From positions 28,395-92,394 of the forward strand of contig MNYS01000002.1 of assembly GCA_001873215.1 (NCBI GenBank): DNA of 64,000 nucleotides. The letters run 5' to 3'. Shown in pieces: positions 9,414-19,207 of the stretch. Within the stretch, counting starts at the first letter, position 1. Every line of letters starts with the position of its first letter. A program made the translations under genes and the position numbers. This DNA is from Candidatus Levybacteria bacterium CG2_30_37_29 (GTDB lineage Bacteria; Patescibacteriota; Microgenomatia; Levybacterales; GWA1-39-11). The notes under the pieces were generated by a model. That model was not told where the DNA came from and made no database searches. It saw only the letters and a program-made list of their open reading frames with translations.

Positions 9414-9997
9414 AAAATTTTGCTGCCCACGCCATTTCATTCATTTGTCATCCTTCTTTTGTTGCAATCCTGGCTACATTTTTAATTACTCTTCACAGCT
9501 ATAAAAATCTTACAGCCGCATTTATGTGGGCATTTGTTATGGTATTTATTGTATTGGTTGTATTTTTCTTCGAGTTATATGGAATAAAAAAAGGTTTTTT
9601 TTCAGACTTGGATGTTTCAAAAAGAAATCAGCGCCGCCCCCTTTTTATATTTGTTTTTATGATGGTAATTATATTTATGGGAAGTATTTATTTGTTTCAT
9701 GGACCAATGGATCTTTTGGCAGGAGGAATATATATTATAGCTGGAATTGTGATATTTATCCTTGTGAACAGGCAAATAAAGGCAAGCGTGCATGTTGGAG
9801 CTCTTTCTGCATTTTTTGTTTCTATGGCGTTATTATTTGGTGGTATATTTTATCTTGGGCTTTTGTTTATTCCTCTTATATCATGGTCACGTGTGGTTTT
9901 ACACAGACACACTATTCCTGAAGTTGTGGTAGGTGCTTCTTTAGGAATAAGTCTAACCGTGGTTATTTACATTGTGATACAATATTTTAATCTATGA
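9410..9997 (+). CDS. PAP2-like membrane protein
   Basis: Multi-TM; KASVH and SRV.L.RHT..EV..G motifs. Confidence 0.7.
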   Translation: MKNFAAHAISFICHPSFVAILATFLITLHSYKNLTAAFMWAFVMVFIVLVVFFFELYGIKKGFFSDLDVSKRNQRRPLFIFVFMMVIIFMGSIYLFHGPMDLLAGGIYIIAGIVIFILVNRQIKASVHVGALSAFFVSMALLFGGIFYLGLLFIPLISWSRVVLHRHTIPEVVVGASLGISLTVVIYIVIQYFNL

Positions 9998-10365
9998 TTG
10001 AGCATAGGTCCCTTTTGCAATCTTTTCATCATGCTTGGGCAGGAGTTGTTTTTGCAGTAAAAAATAATCAAAACATAAGAATTCATTTTATTATTGCAGT
10101 ACTTGTTGTTATAGTTGGATTTGTTTTAAATGTAAGTGCATTTGAGATTGGAATCTTAGGAGTTATGATTTTGTTCGTTTTTTCAGCAGAAATGATAAAT
10201 ACAGCTATTGAGGAAATGACAAATTTAATTACCCGTGAGCACAGGGCAGAAGCAAAAATTGCAAAAGATGTTTCTGCAGGAATGGTTTTAGTTGTGTCGG
10301 TCGGAGCGGCAATGGTAGGAATACTTGTTTTTCTTCCACACATTCTTGAGTTGACAGGTATTTAA
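9994..10365 (+). CDS. dgkA: Diacylglycerol/undecaprenol kinase family protein
   Basis: SF.HA..G, N.RIH, E.INTAIE, AKIAKDV.AG.VL. Confidence 0.9.
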   Translation: MIEHRSLLQSFHHAWAGVVFAVKNNQNIRIHFIIAVLVVIVGFVLNVSAFEIGILGVMILFVFSAEMINTAIEEMTNLITREHRAEAKIAKDVSAGMVLVVSVGAAMVGILVFLPHILELTGI

Positions 10366-10634
10366 TTTTTTCTTTCTGTTTTTGATTGATTTGTGGTAAG
10401 TGCCAAAATTTCAGAAAGCTTTTTTACAAATTTTTCTGCGTGTTGTCTACTCATTCCAAGACGTGTTACGACTTGAAGTTCAGAATTACTTCCGGGAATT
10501 TTTTGACAAACGTCAAAAGTAACCCCGTCCTCATTCACATTCATAAAAACAGTGTCTGTAAAAAGGATTGGAATATTATTTGAGTGAAGATGGAAATTAA
10601 GATTTTCTTCCGTTTTTTTTGCCATTTTTATCAC
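10362..10634 (-). CDS. DUF3467-like small protein
   Basis: P.LFTD.V......GV.FD..Q....VV.R.GMS..HA pattern. Confidence 0.55.
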   Translation of the reverse strand: MIKMAKKTEENLNFHLHSNNIPILFTDTVFMNVNEDGVTFDVCQKIPGSNSELQVVTRLGMSRQHAEKFVKKLSEILALTTNQSKTERKN

Positions 10635-10642
10635 CCCTTTTT

Positions 10643-10981
10643 TTATCTAAGTGTAGCCCCGGGTTTAACTTTTGTTGCAGGTTTAATAAGAGCCGGTTTG
10701 TCAGTGTTTGTTGCAAGTATCATAGCGTGACTTTCAAGTCCCATCATTTTTCGCGGTTCAAGATTTGTTGCAAAAATGAAAGATTTTCCAATTAAATCTT
10801 TTGGGCTGTACCATTTTGCAATTCCCGACAAAACCTGCCTGCCGGCAGGCAGGCCTACCTCGTTTTCTTCTCCAAAATCAACTTGAAGTTTTAGCAATTT
10901 TTCAGAATCTTTAATTGGTTCAGCAGATAGAATTTTCCCAACTTTTAATTCGACTTTTGCGAAATCATCAAAATTTATCAC
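10643..10981 (-). CDS. Stand-alone tRNA-binding OB-fold protein (Trbp111 / MetRS C-terminal-like) carrying LPAGRQ insertion
   Basis: I.FDDF.KVELKVG, KLLKL.VD.G, RQ..SGI, NL.PRK.MG.ES..M.L. Confidence 0.9.
   Translation of the reverse strand: MINFDDFAKVELKVGKILSAEPIKDSEKLLKLQVDFGEENEVGLPAGRQVLSGIAKWYSPKDLIGKSFIFATNLEPRKMMGLESHAMILATNTDKPALIKPATKVKPGATLR
10834..10853. repeat. Perfect 20-bp palindrome CCTGCCTGCCGGCAGGCAGG, copy 1 (in CDS)
   Basis: Read directly; encodes LPAGRQ. Confidence 0.95.
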
Positions 10982-11032
10982 TTTTTAATTATATCACCAA
11001 TTTTTAACTTTAAACTTTACACTTTTAACTAT

Positions 11033-12559
11033 TTATTCCCACTCCATAGTCGCGGGGGGTTTTGTGGTTATATCATAAACGACGCGGGAAATTCCCGGGA
11101 CTTCATTTACGATTCTTGAGGAAATTACTTGTAGTAGGTCATATTCCAATCGCGACCACGTTGTTGTCATAATGTCCTTTGACTCAATAATTCGAAGTGC
11201 AACAACTTCACCAAAAAATCTTCCATCTCCTTTTACAGCTGTTGAGTGTGCATCAGTCATTACAGGAAAAGAAATAAAAACTTTAGGAAGCCATCCTGCC
11301 TTTTCCAGTTCTTTAATTACGATCTTATCTGCTTGTCTCTCTTTTGATAAACGATCAGCTGTTACTTCTCCTCTAATTCGAATCGCGTATCCAGGACCGG
11401 GAAAGGGTTGTTTCATAACAATATTTTCAGGTAAACCAATTTTTCTCCCCAATACTCTAACTTCATCTTTATATAATTCTCGAAGCGGTTCCAATAGTTG
11501 TAGTTTCATTTCCTTGGGAAGTCCACCTACATTGTGATGGCTTTTAATCTTGCTTGCGTGTTTTGTTCCTTTTGATTCGATTACGTCAGAGTAAATAGTT
11601 CCTTGAAGCAAGAATTTTACAGCTTGATTTTTTAAAACAAGACGTTTCATTTCGCGTTCGAATACTTCAACATAAAAATTTCCAATAGCCTTTCTCTTTT
11701 TCTCACTATCTGTAATACCCTTTAGCTTTCTTAGCATTTCGGGTTCAACATGAACAACTACAGGTTTAATTCTCAGAGGCTTGAAAGCTGTTGTGACTGT
11801 AAGTTCTGCGTCATCCCTCATAAGACCGTTATTAACAAAAACCGGTATAAATTGCTTTCCGATAGCTTTTGCAACAAGTGTTCCGGCAACTGTCGAATCT
11901 ACCCCGCCAGAAACAGCACCGATAACGTATGCATTACCGACTTTTTGTTTAATATCTTGAATTATTGTTTTGGGATCTATCGTATGATTAATTTTTTTAA
12001 TACCGCAGATACTAATAAAATTATCAAGAATTTGGTTTCCAAACTCCGTATGTTCGACTTCGGGATGGAATTGGACTCCGTACTTCTTATTTTTCTCATC
12101 TGTGACAAATGCATAGCGTACATTTTCACTTGATCCGACAATGGTAAAGTTTTTAGGAATAGAAAGAACCGAATCTCCGTGGCTCATCCATACAGTAAGT
12201 GTTTTGGGTAGACCCTTGGTAATCTTTGAATCCTGTTTGACCAGCTTTATTTTAACCGGACCATATTCTTTAGTTCCCGGTTTTACTTTACCGCCCAAAA
12301 GGTGAGATCTAAGCTGAAGCCCGTAGCAAATATCAAGCATCGGTATATTAAGAGAAAAAACCTTTTTATCAATCGTTGGTGAATTTTTTTCATAAACCGA
12401 TGCAGGTCCTCCTGAAAATATCAGTCCTTGTGGTTTTACTTTTTCAATTTCTGACAATGCGTTTTCAGGTTCTATAAGATGCGTTGAAACTCCAAGATCG
12501 CGTAGGCGACGGGATATAAGGTGTGCTGTTTGTCCGCCAAAATCAACAATTATAATCAT
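11033..12559 (-). CDS. guaA: GMP synthase (glutamine-hydrolysing)
   Basis: SGGP.SV, ICYG.Q, QFHPEV, SGGVDS, IKSHHNVGGLP, PFPGPG, KPPAT.EWE. Confidence 0.97.
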   Translation of the reverse strand: MIIIVDFGGQTAHLISRRLRDLGVSTHLIEPENALSEIEKVKPQGLIFSGGPASVYEKNSPTIDKKVFSLNIPMLDICYGLQLRSHLLGGKVKPGTKEYGPVKIKLVKQDSKITKGLPKTLTVWMSHGDSVLSIPKNFTIVGSSENVRYAFVTDEKNKKYGVQFHPEVEHTEFGNQILDNFISICGIKKINHTIDPKTIIQDIKQKVGNAYVIGAVSGGVDSTVAGTLVAKAIGKQFIPVFVNNGLMRDDAELTVTTAFKPLRIKPVVVHVEPEMLRKLKGITDSEKKRKAIGNFYVEVFEREMKRLVLKNQAVKFLLQGTIYSDVIESKGTKHASKIKSHHNVGGLPKEMKLQLLEPLRELYKDEVRVLGRKIGLPENIVMKQPFPGPGYAIRIRGEVTADRLSKERQADKIVIKELEKAGWLPKVFISFPVMTDAHSTAVKGDGRFFGEVVALRIIESKDIMTTTWSRLEYDLLQVISSRIVNEVPGISRVVYDITTKPPATMEWE

Positions 12560-12607
12560 GTTAAATATATTTACTAAAGATACTCGTTGCGCTCGTTTTT
12601 TGCTTCG

Positions 12608-13786
12608 CTACAAATAGTTTTTCCCCGGCTCAGTAACAAAAATATCGTGGGGATGACTTTCTTGAAGGGAAGATTGAGTAATTTGGATAAATTTTGCTTT
12701 TTCCCAAAGATCAAGAATTGTTTTTGCCCCCACATAATACATTCCGGATTTAATTCCCCCAATTGCTTGTTCAACGAGTTCTGTAACCGTTCCTTTCACA
12801 GGAACTAGCCCTTCAACCCCTTCTGCAACAAGAACTCTATCAGAGTAGCTTTTTCCGTGAAATTCTCCCTCAGATTTTATTTTTGCGCCTCGCTCCATAG
12901 CACCGATTGATCCCATTCCACGATACTCTTTGAACATGTATGTTTTGTGTTTTCTAAAAATACTTTTAAAACGAGAAGGGACCTGCGATTCGGAAAACCG
13001 TGTAGTTTTGCCGGGAGATTCTTCACATGTAGCAAAAAAGGATCCCATCATAACGGTTGACGCTCCAACAGCAAGTGCTTTTACAATGTCTCCAGAATAC
13101 TGAATTCCACCGTCCGCAATTACAGGAATATTTGTCTCCTGCCTGCCGGCAGGCAGGTTTCGTGCCGCGCGCACAACTTCAGTAATAGCAGTAATTTGAG
13201 GTACTCCAATTCCCGAAATTACTCGAGTGGTACAAATTGCACCCGGCCCCATACCGACGCGTAGGCAATCCGCTCCTGCACGAATTAGAGCGGAAGCTCC
13301 TTCATGCGTTGCAACACTTCCGCAAATTACATCTATTTTAAAATTGTTCTTTATGGAAGTTAGTGTTTCAATAACGCTTTTTGAAAACCCGTGTGCTGAA
13401 TCTATAACAATTACATCAACGCCTGCTTTCATCAGGGTTTCAACACGTTTTTCAAATCCGTTATTGGCTCCAATTGCCGCACCGACAAGCAATGTTTGGC
13501 CTGTCGAAGTATCTTTTTTTACTTTTCTCACTTCATTTGCTTGTTTTTCTATTGGTAAATTTCGGTGAATTATTCCAATTCCTCCAAGTTTTCCAAGAGC
13601 AATTGCAAGCTTTGATTCGGTAACCGTATCCATGGGAGAAGAAATAAATGGGATAGAAAGAGAAATATTCTTTGTAAGTTTTGTTGAAAGGTCAATTTTT
13701 TCGCGGGGAAAGTCAGTGTAATTTGGAAGAAGAAGAATGTCGTTAAAAGTAAGGCCTACTAAGAAATCTTTTTTTTGGAGTACCAT
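12608..13786 (-). CDS. guaB: IMP dehydrogenase lacking CBS domains, carrying LPAGRQ insertion
   Basis: [48 protein letters not shown]. Confidence 0.96.
   Translation of the reverse strand: MVLQKKDFLVGLTFNDILLLPNYTDFPREKIDLSTKLTKNISLSIPFISSPMDTVTESKLAIALGKLGGIGIIHRNLPIEKQANEVRKVKKDTSTGQTLLVGAAIGANNGFEKRVETLMKAGVDVIVIDSAHGFSKSVIETLTSIKNNFKIDVICGSVATHEGASALIRAGADCLRVGMGPGAICTTRVISGIGVPQITAITEVVRAARNLPAGRQETNIPVIADGGIQYSGDIVKALAVGASTVMMGSFFATCEESPGKTTRFSESQVPSRFKSIFRKHKTYMFKEYRGMGSIGAMERGAKIKSEGEFHGKSYSDRVLVAEGVEGLVPVKGTVTELVEQAIGGIKSGMYYVGAKTILDLWEKAKFIQITQSSLQESHPHDIFVTEPGKNYL
13138..13157. repeat. Perfect 20-bp palindrome CCTGCCTGCCGGCAGGCAGG, copy 2 (in guaB)
   Basis: Identical to 10834-10853; encodes LPAGRQ. 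Confidence 0.95.
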
Positions 13787-13829
13787 AATTTATATTACAG
13801 AAGTGTACTTTTATTGTCAATGGAGAGTT

Positions 13830-13956
13830 TTTATCCACCTTCGCAGAAAACCCCGATTTAATCGGGGATAAATGCTAAGAAATTTCTGCTTCGGCGGATT
13901 TCGCTCAGCCGGACAAAGTGGAGAAGATACCGCGGGTGTCAACCCGCGGAGCTTCA
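13830..13956 (-). mobile_element. ~127-bp non-autonomous palindromic element resembling fused IS200/IS605 ends (PATE/MITE-like)
   Basis: Hairpins CCGCGGGT-GTCA-ACCCGCGG (13930-13949) and CCCCGATT-T-AATCGGGG (13851-13867) near each end, internal stems, GC-rich, no transposase. Confidence 0.6.
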
Positions 13957-14742
13957 TTTCGTTGCCTTTAAGGAAAATAAAAGCGGAATTTGAATTTTTT
14001 TATTTTTTAAGACATATTGACCTTTTTTATTTTTTTCCATAAATCCTGGGAATTGGTCATACATACTAAAAGGAAATTCATGCATGTATTCTATTTTTAA
14101 CCCATTATTTACTAGTGCGTTTATCACGTCTCCTATGGTATATCTCCATTCATATGTTACGCCCTTTGCCTTTTCCCAATCTATGTATGTTCCCGAATCA
14201 TCCATGTCAGGTCCCCTATCGAAGTATTTATACAATAATTTAAAATCGTAACTTAAAATATTGGTGAAAGGATGAACCTCAACAATATAAAATATTCCTC
14301 CATCACAAAGAAAATTATTTATAATTTCGGCGAATTTCTTAATATTTGATAGCCATAAAAGTACACCGTATGAAGCAAAAATAATGTCAAATTTTTTATC
14401 AAGAATTTTTGGTAGCTCGTATATGTCAGAGCAGATAAATGTTGAGGGAATACCGGTTTGCCGGCTTAATTTTTTGGCAAGTCTTATTGAGCTGTCTGAA
14501 ATATCAACGCCAGTTGTTATCGCTCCTTTTCTTGCCCAAGACAATGTATCCATGCCAAAATGACAGAGCAGATGCAAAAGAGTTTTTCCACGTACTTTTC
14601 CCAATTCGTCAATTTCTATAGATTGAAGACTTGTTTTTCCTTTTATAAACCTTGGGATGTCGTAGAATTTGGAACCGGCGTGGGCAGGGGTGGCATTATT
14701 CCACCATTTTCTGTTTATCGCGGCGTAATCCTTCACTAACAC
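13954..14742 (-). CDS. Class I SAM-dependent methyltransferase
   Basis: LLHL.CHFG.DTLSWA..GA..TGVD.S; FDI...YG.L.W. Confidence 0.88.
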   Translation of the reverse strand: MLVKDYAAINRKWWNNATPAHAGSKFYDIPRFIKGKTSLQSIEIDELGKVRGKTLLHLLCHFGMDTLSWARKGAITTGVDISDSSIRLAKKLSRQTGIPSTFICSDIYELPKILDKKFDIIFASYGVLLWLSNIKKFAEIINNFLCDGGIFYIVEVHPFTNILSYDFKLLYKYFDRGPDMDDSGTYIDWEKAKGVTYEWRYTIGDVINALVNNGLKIEYMHEFPFSMYDQFPGFMEKNKKGQYVLKNKKIQIPLLFSLKATK

Positions 14743-14789
14743 AAATATTACTCATTTTTTATTTTTATGTCAAACAATCACCTAATAAG

Positions 14790-15380
14790 TTACAGTAGTT
14801 CTCTTGTGGCTTGGTGAATTGTATTCAAATATTTTTTGTTTCCTATCTCGTGTTTTGTTTTTGAAATTCTGATTAAATGTTTCTTTTTAGATGAAATTTG
14901 ATTAAATGCGCCCGTTACGCGTTTTATCAATGTTCTTGCCTCTTGTGATCCGTAAAGCATAAGAATTTTTTTTGCTTTTATTTTTTTGGCAAGCGTTTCG
15001 CAATGCAATTTTGAAAAATCTTCATATCGTGATGTCATAAGCAAGGAGAGATTTTTATTTATTTTTCTCAAATCCTCTTTAAAGTATGGAGACAGAGAAC
15101 AAAGAATAAGTCCTTCAGAACGTACTTTTGTAGAAGCAATAAAAGCAATCATTGCGCCGTATGAAAATCCAAGTATATATTTTTTCTCTGCTTTTGTTTT
15201 TTTATAAAGCTTTAAGAAATATTCTGTATTTTGCGAAATTGTTGTATTTTTCCATGGAATATCTACAAGAATAGGGTAATAGCCTTCGCTTTTTAAAATT
15301 TTTGCAATATCAATATATGCTTTATTTGTTGGGTGTTGTGCAAAACCCGGGATAATAAAAATAGTCTTTTCCTGCGCCAT
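14790..15380 (-). CDS. Alpha/beta hydrolase-fold protein
   Basis: IIPGF and GFSYGA nucleophile elbow (GxSxG), C-terminal His. Confidence 0.75.
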   Translation of the reverse strand: MAQEKTIFIIPGFAQHPTNKAYIDIAKILKSEGYYPILVDIPWKNTTISQNTEYFLKLYKKTKAEKKYILGFSYGAMIAFIASTKVRSEGLILCSLSPYFKEDLRKINKNLSLLMTSRYEDFSKLHCETLAKKIKAKKILMLYGSQEARTLIKRVTGAFNQISSKKKHLIRISKTKHEIGNKKYLNTIHQATRELL

Positions 15381-15452
15381 CCGCGGATTATAGCAAAGTT
15401 GAGGCTAAATGTCTATTTTGTATTGATTCTAAAACCCGTATTGTCGGTATGT

Positions 15453-15767
15453 TTAGCGGGTGAAAGTTACCAGGAGAATTATTGCAAGAAAGGTGATTAT
15501 TGAAAAGAAAGTTAGGGTTTGCGCAAGGAGTGATAATGCCTCTTTTTTCTTTCCGTCTATATACATAAGAGCTGGTTTTCCAAAGATTAAAAATCCGGTA
15601 ATTGAGGCAGACATTACAAGAAGTAAAAGCAGTACAATCGGGGCAAGAAAAGCATTTGTTTTTCCTATCTTTATTGAATTTCCGTAGTACATAAAACATC
15701 CTACGCCAACTATGTAAAGCGTAGTCAAGCCTGCATTTATAAGAGCCATTTTCCTAATCTTATTCAC
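15453..15767 (-). CDS. Small membrane protein (3 TM)
   Basis: Hydrophobic segments; LLLLV.SA.I.G.L.FGKP..MY.DG.KKEA. Confidence 0.7.
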   Translation of the reverse strand: MNKIRKMALINAGLTTLYIVGVGCFMYYGNSIKIGKTNAFLAPIVLLLLLVMSASITGFLIFGKPALMYIDGKKKEALSLLAQTLTFFSIITFLAIILLVTFTR

Positions 15768-15802
15768 AATATTATTATACCACTTAGGGGAAAGAGAAAA
15801 TT

Positions 15803-16018
15803 TTATTCACTTATAAACTTAAAACGGTGAACTTTTTTACCATTTATTTCAACTTCTTCAAAAAACATTTTCATTGGACGTATCCAGAATTTACTTTTTG
15901 GATTTTTATATAGTGCTTCGTACACTACAAATTCTTCAAGCGTTTCGGAGTGTTTTGCTATAGCAATAACTCTGTAATAATTTCCTGTTTTAGAATGCTG
16001 ATATTTACCCAATTTCAT
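15803..16018 (-). CDS. DUF1653 family protein
   Basis: G.Y.H.K...Y.V..IA.HSET.E..VVY.ALY...WIRP..MF.E; start ATG 16018. Confidence 0.88.
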   Translation of the reverse strand: MKLGKYQHSKTGNYYRVIAIAKHSETLEEFVVYEALYKNPKSKFWIRPMKMFFEEVEINGKKVHRFKFISE

Positions 16019-16392
16019 CTGCAGAACGCACCACTTTAGACCCATTATATCACTCCCGGAAAAACCGTTTGCATAATCAAGATATAGGTCGATATGTGTT
16101 TTTATCAGTAGCGACTTGATACTTAGCAATTGCTTTATCTGTAATCTCTGACATATTTTATGCTTAATCATGTGGGTAGGGTTGCAGACCTGCCCGTCTT
16201 TGCTGCATAGATTGTATCCTGTGAGAACCTATTATGTCCAGCAGGTAATGCAGGTCGATTTGAATTACATCAACGCTATTCTACTCAACGAACAAGCCCA
16301 AGTATCGAATCAATATCAAGATAGAAGCACCGAATATTTAGTAGCAAGGAAGTATTAGAACCTAGTAAATAAGATGTATAATAAAGAGGAAT

Positions 16393-16923
16393 ATGATTCC
16401 ATTCCATCCTCATTTTCAATATGGCGCTGCAACAGATAATTGGACTGCGTGGGAGGCTATAGGTACTATTGCAGCAGCTACGGTATCTTTCTTTACGTTA
16501 CTTTTGCTTAGAAGTCAGCTCGAAAAAGAGCAAGAACCATTCGTTGTAGCCCGTGATGATGTTTCTTTCGAAAGTGGCAATTTCAAGATAAAGCTAAAAA
16601 ATGTAGGAAGAGGACCAGCTTTTAATATAACAGGTTGTCGAACATCAAATGAGAAAGAACGGAATGACGCTTTTTTTATGAGCAATCAACCTCATAGCAA
16701 AAATCTTTGTGCAAACAACGCTGATGCGGAAGGTGAAAAGCAATGGAGAATTGATAAATTTGTTATAGATTCACTAAAAGTGGATAAAACTAACAAGGAG
16801 ATTTATAAATACTTCTATTTTTTTTATGAGAGTCAATTGGGTTCGGTTTACCATACAAAAGTTAAGATAAAAAAAGATGGAGATAATTTTATAGTGATGG
16901 AGAATACGCGATTAAAATTATAG
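16393..16923 (+). CDS. Hypothetical protein with N-terminal TM (island cargo)
   Basis: TM then L.NVGRGPA.NI motif. Confidence 0.7.
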   Translation: MIPFHPHFQYGAATDNWTAWEAIGTIAAATVSFFTLLLLRSQLEKEQEPFVVARDDVSFESGNFKIKLKNVGRGPAFNITGCRTSNEKERNDAFFMSNQPHSKNLCANNADAEGEKQWRIDKFVIDSLKVDKTNKEIYKYFYFFYESQLGSVYHTKVKIKKDGDNFIVMENTRLKL

Positions 16924-16963
16924 AAAAGAATGCAGTAGTCTCCTTAAGCTATAATTCAACCAT

Positions 16964-17887
16964 ATGTCAGTAGTTGTGGGCTTCGGTTTTCCAGAAGAAG
17001 CAATACTCATAAGTGATAGTAGAGTTTCATTTGACGAGCCAAGGCTTGAGCCTCGTGATGAAATTAGAAAAATCTACCAGTTAGGCAAACATTTGACAGT
17101 TGGCTTCACCAGTCAGCATGTCCAATTTACATTAGAAATATTAAGGAGAATTACAAATTACTCGTTAAACAAATCAAAATCACAAGCTACTTTATATCTA
17201 TTAGACAAAGTTCCAAAAGTAGCAAGATATTTTTATAATCAGCTCTCTGAGAAGGTAGGATGGAAACCACCAATGGAAATAGTCTACGCTGGCGTTGTAA
17301 CCGACAGATACCTGGGTGTATCGGAGCAACTCATATTTGATTTAATGAAAAATAAAGGTGGCGGACATATTCCAACGAAAATTGCGATTGGCATGCAAAA
17401 TACCCAAAACGGGATTATGAATTTACCTCCCCCTTCTCCTGTCGTGACAAAACAAATTTTTCCCTCAGGCGAAATACTCCCGCTAGTCTCTCTTGGTTTC
17501 GTTGTATCTGGAACTGGTTCAGGAATCGCCAAGAAAATTCAGGAATCTGAAGCTGAATTGTTTTTCGCAGATTCCGAAATACCAATGAGATTATCTATGA
17601 TAAGAATGCTTTGCGATGATTACATTAAAGAGGCGAGTGTCGACACTATCGGAGGACTAGTTCAAATATTGAAAGTTAACGAAAAAGGTATTTTCCCAAT
17701 GATATACTCGCGTACAAATATTAGCCCAGAGGGTAAAGAGATTAAGGCTGAAACATTAAGTTTTGTTAATGGAGAATGGATTATGGAATATCACCAGACG
17801 GGGAAAATTATCCGTGTTAAACAAAATCCTTTAATTATGGATATAAAGAAAAATGTTAATGTTAAAAAACAGTCTTGGGCAGCCTGA
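16964..17887 (+). CDS. Ntn-hydrolase / proteasome-beta-like fold protein
   Basis: MSVVVG...AILISDSRVS...RKI, GSG-like SGTGSG and TIGG match the proteasome-beta pattern. Confidence 0.55.
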   Translation: MSVVVGFGFPEEAILISDSRVSFDEPRLEPRDEIRKIYQLGKHLTVGFTSQHVQFTLEILRRITNYSLNKSKSQATLYLLDKVPKVARYFYNQLSEKVGWKPPMEIVYAGVVTDRYLGVSEQLIFDLMKNKGGGHIPTKIAIGMQNTQNGIMNLPPPSPVVTKQIFPSGEILPLVSLGFVVSGTGSGIAKKIQESEAELFFADSEIPMRLSMIRMLCDDYIKEASVDTIGGLVQILKVNEKGIFPMIYSRTNISPEGKEIKAETLSFVNGEWIMEYHQTGKIIRVKQNPLIMDIKKNVNVKKQSWAA

Positions 17888-18044
17888 TATACTAATAGTT
17901 AGTAACAAGACCGAAAGATAATCAACTATAGAAGTACCACTCGGAGTAACATTTTTCAAAAAAGTAGAGCTTTACCAAAAAATCGAGCTCTCTGAGGGAA
18001 TTATAGGGATAAATAGGCATCTCGGTCAGAAGCTATAGGTTATT

Positions 18045-18152
18045 TGGCTGGCACTGGTTGAGGATTTCAGAACTGCAAACTGGACTGAAATCATCAAATA
18101 TCCAGAGCTAGTATATCAAAAATCAGAAGGATATCTTCAGCTATTTAACTGA
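18045..18152 (+). pseudogene. Displaced native C-terminus of the serine recombinase (35 codons, no start)
   Basis: WLALVEDFRTANWTEIIKYPELVYQKSEGYLQLFN*; begins at the same in-frame TGG CTG G as the recombinase/tRNA junction. Confidence 0.65.
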
Positions 18153-18747
18153 TAAGTTTCTTTTTCTTTGCTTCTTCAATAATTTGTTTCATCATTGTAT
18201 TTACATCTATTAGATATGTTTCAACATTTTCTTTTATGAAAATATCTTTTTTTAACTTAGCGGAAGGTAATTCCCATTTGTTATTTATATAGTCTACATA
18301 TAAATGTCTCCACTTTAATTTTTCTGTTTCTCCTTCCTCAATCTCCTTAATGCTTTTTAGAATTTCTTTTATTGAATTATTTATATCCTCAATAGTTCTC
18401 CCTTCTAAGAATTTAGGATTATTTTTCTTTATATCTTCAAAGTTTTCTCTTAAAAGATTTTGTCCTACGAGCATCATTTTAATCAAACCAGTTTGCTTAA
18501 ATTTATGGTCTCTAAATGTCTTCCAAAATTCTTGCCAATCAACTGTTTTATTCTCTATGAGGTTTATTGCAACAAGCCCTAGATAATATGCTTTTGATAG
18601 CTCTTCAATAGCTATTGCATATAGAAAAGTTGCAGTTGGAGATTTTGCTTTTTCTAATAAGTTACCATCGTCTTTTATTTTATGTGCGTTATATAGCATT
18701 TTATCCATTCCCACTATACATTGAGTAATATCAAGATTTGTTTTCAT
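18145..18747 (-). CDS. AbiV-family abortive infection protein (HEPN-like)
   Basis: NA....D..LL...A..L..IA.EE..K, F..H..KQ, LYVD pattern. Confidence 0.75.
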   Translation of the reverse strand: MKTNLDITQCIVGMDKMLYNAHKIKDDGNLLEKAKSPTATFLYAIAIEELSKAYYLGLVAINLIENKTVDWQEFWKTFRDHKFKQTGLIKMMLVGQNLLRENFEDIKKNNPKFLEGRTIEDINNSIKEILKSIKEIEEGETEKLKWRHLYVDYINNKWELPSAKLKKDIFIKENVETYLIDVNTMMKQIIEEAKKKKLIS

Positions 18748-18814
18748 AAGTTATATTTTCTTATAATCTTTCTAAAGTTAAAAAGCAATCATTCTTAAAT
18801 GCTACAATAATGAT

Positions 18815-19207
18815 ATGACGAAACTCACTCCTGATGAGAGGTGGAAAAGATTTAATCAGAAACTAAATGAGCAAATGAAAGCTAATGATTTCTACAGTTT
18901 AGGTATTACTTATCAAGAGATGGCTAACTTCTTAGATAAAGAAGGGAAAAATTCAGAAGAAATGCGAAATAAAGCTTACGAAATGAAACTTTTGCATCAC
19001 CAAAACTATATTAAAAACCTACAGAATAATTCTCCGGTAAGTAAAGGTGTTGAGATACTTTCAGCACCTGATAGTTGTGAAAGTTGCTTAGCTTTAGATA
19101 GTAAGGCATTTGAGTTTAAGAAGGTTTTAGATAGTCCACCACTCCCCGTAAAAGAGTGCAAGCATATTTACGGGTGTAGATGCACATATCTTCCTGTAGC
19201 AAATTAA
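18815..19207 (+). CDS. Hypothetical protein with C-terminal Cys cluster (MuF/minor-head-like knuckle)
   Basis: SCESC..LD...PPLP..EC....GCRC.Y.P. Confidence 0.55.
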   Translation: MTKLTPDERWKRFNQKLNEQMKANDFYSLGITYQEMANFLDKEGKNSEEMRNKAYEMKLLHHQNYIKNLQNNSPVSKGVEILSAPDSCESCLALDSKAFEFKKVLDSPPLPVKECKHIYGCRCTYLPVAN

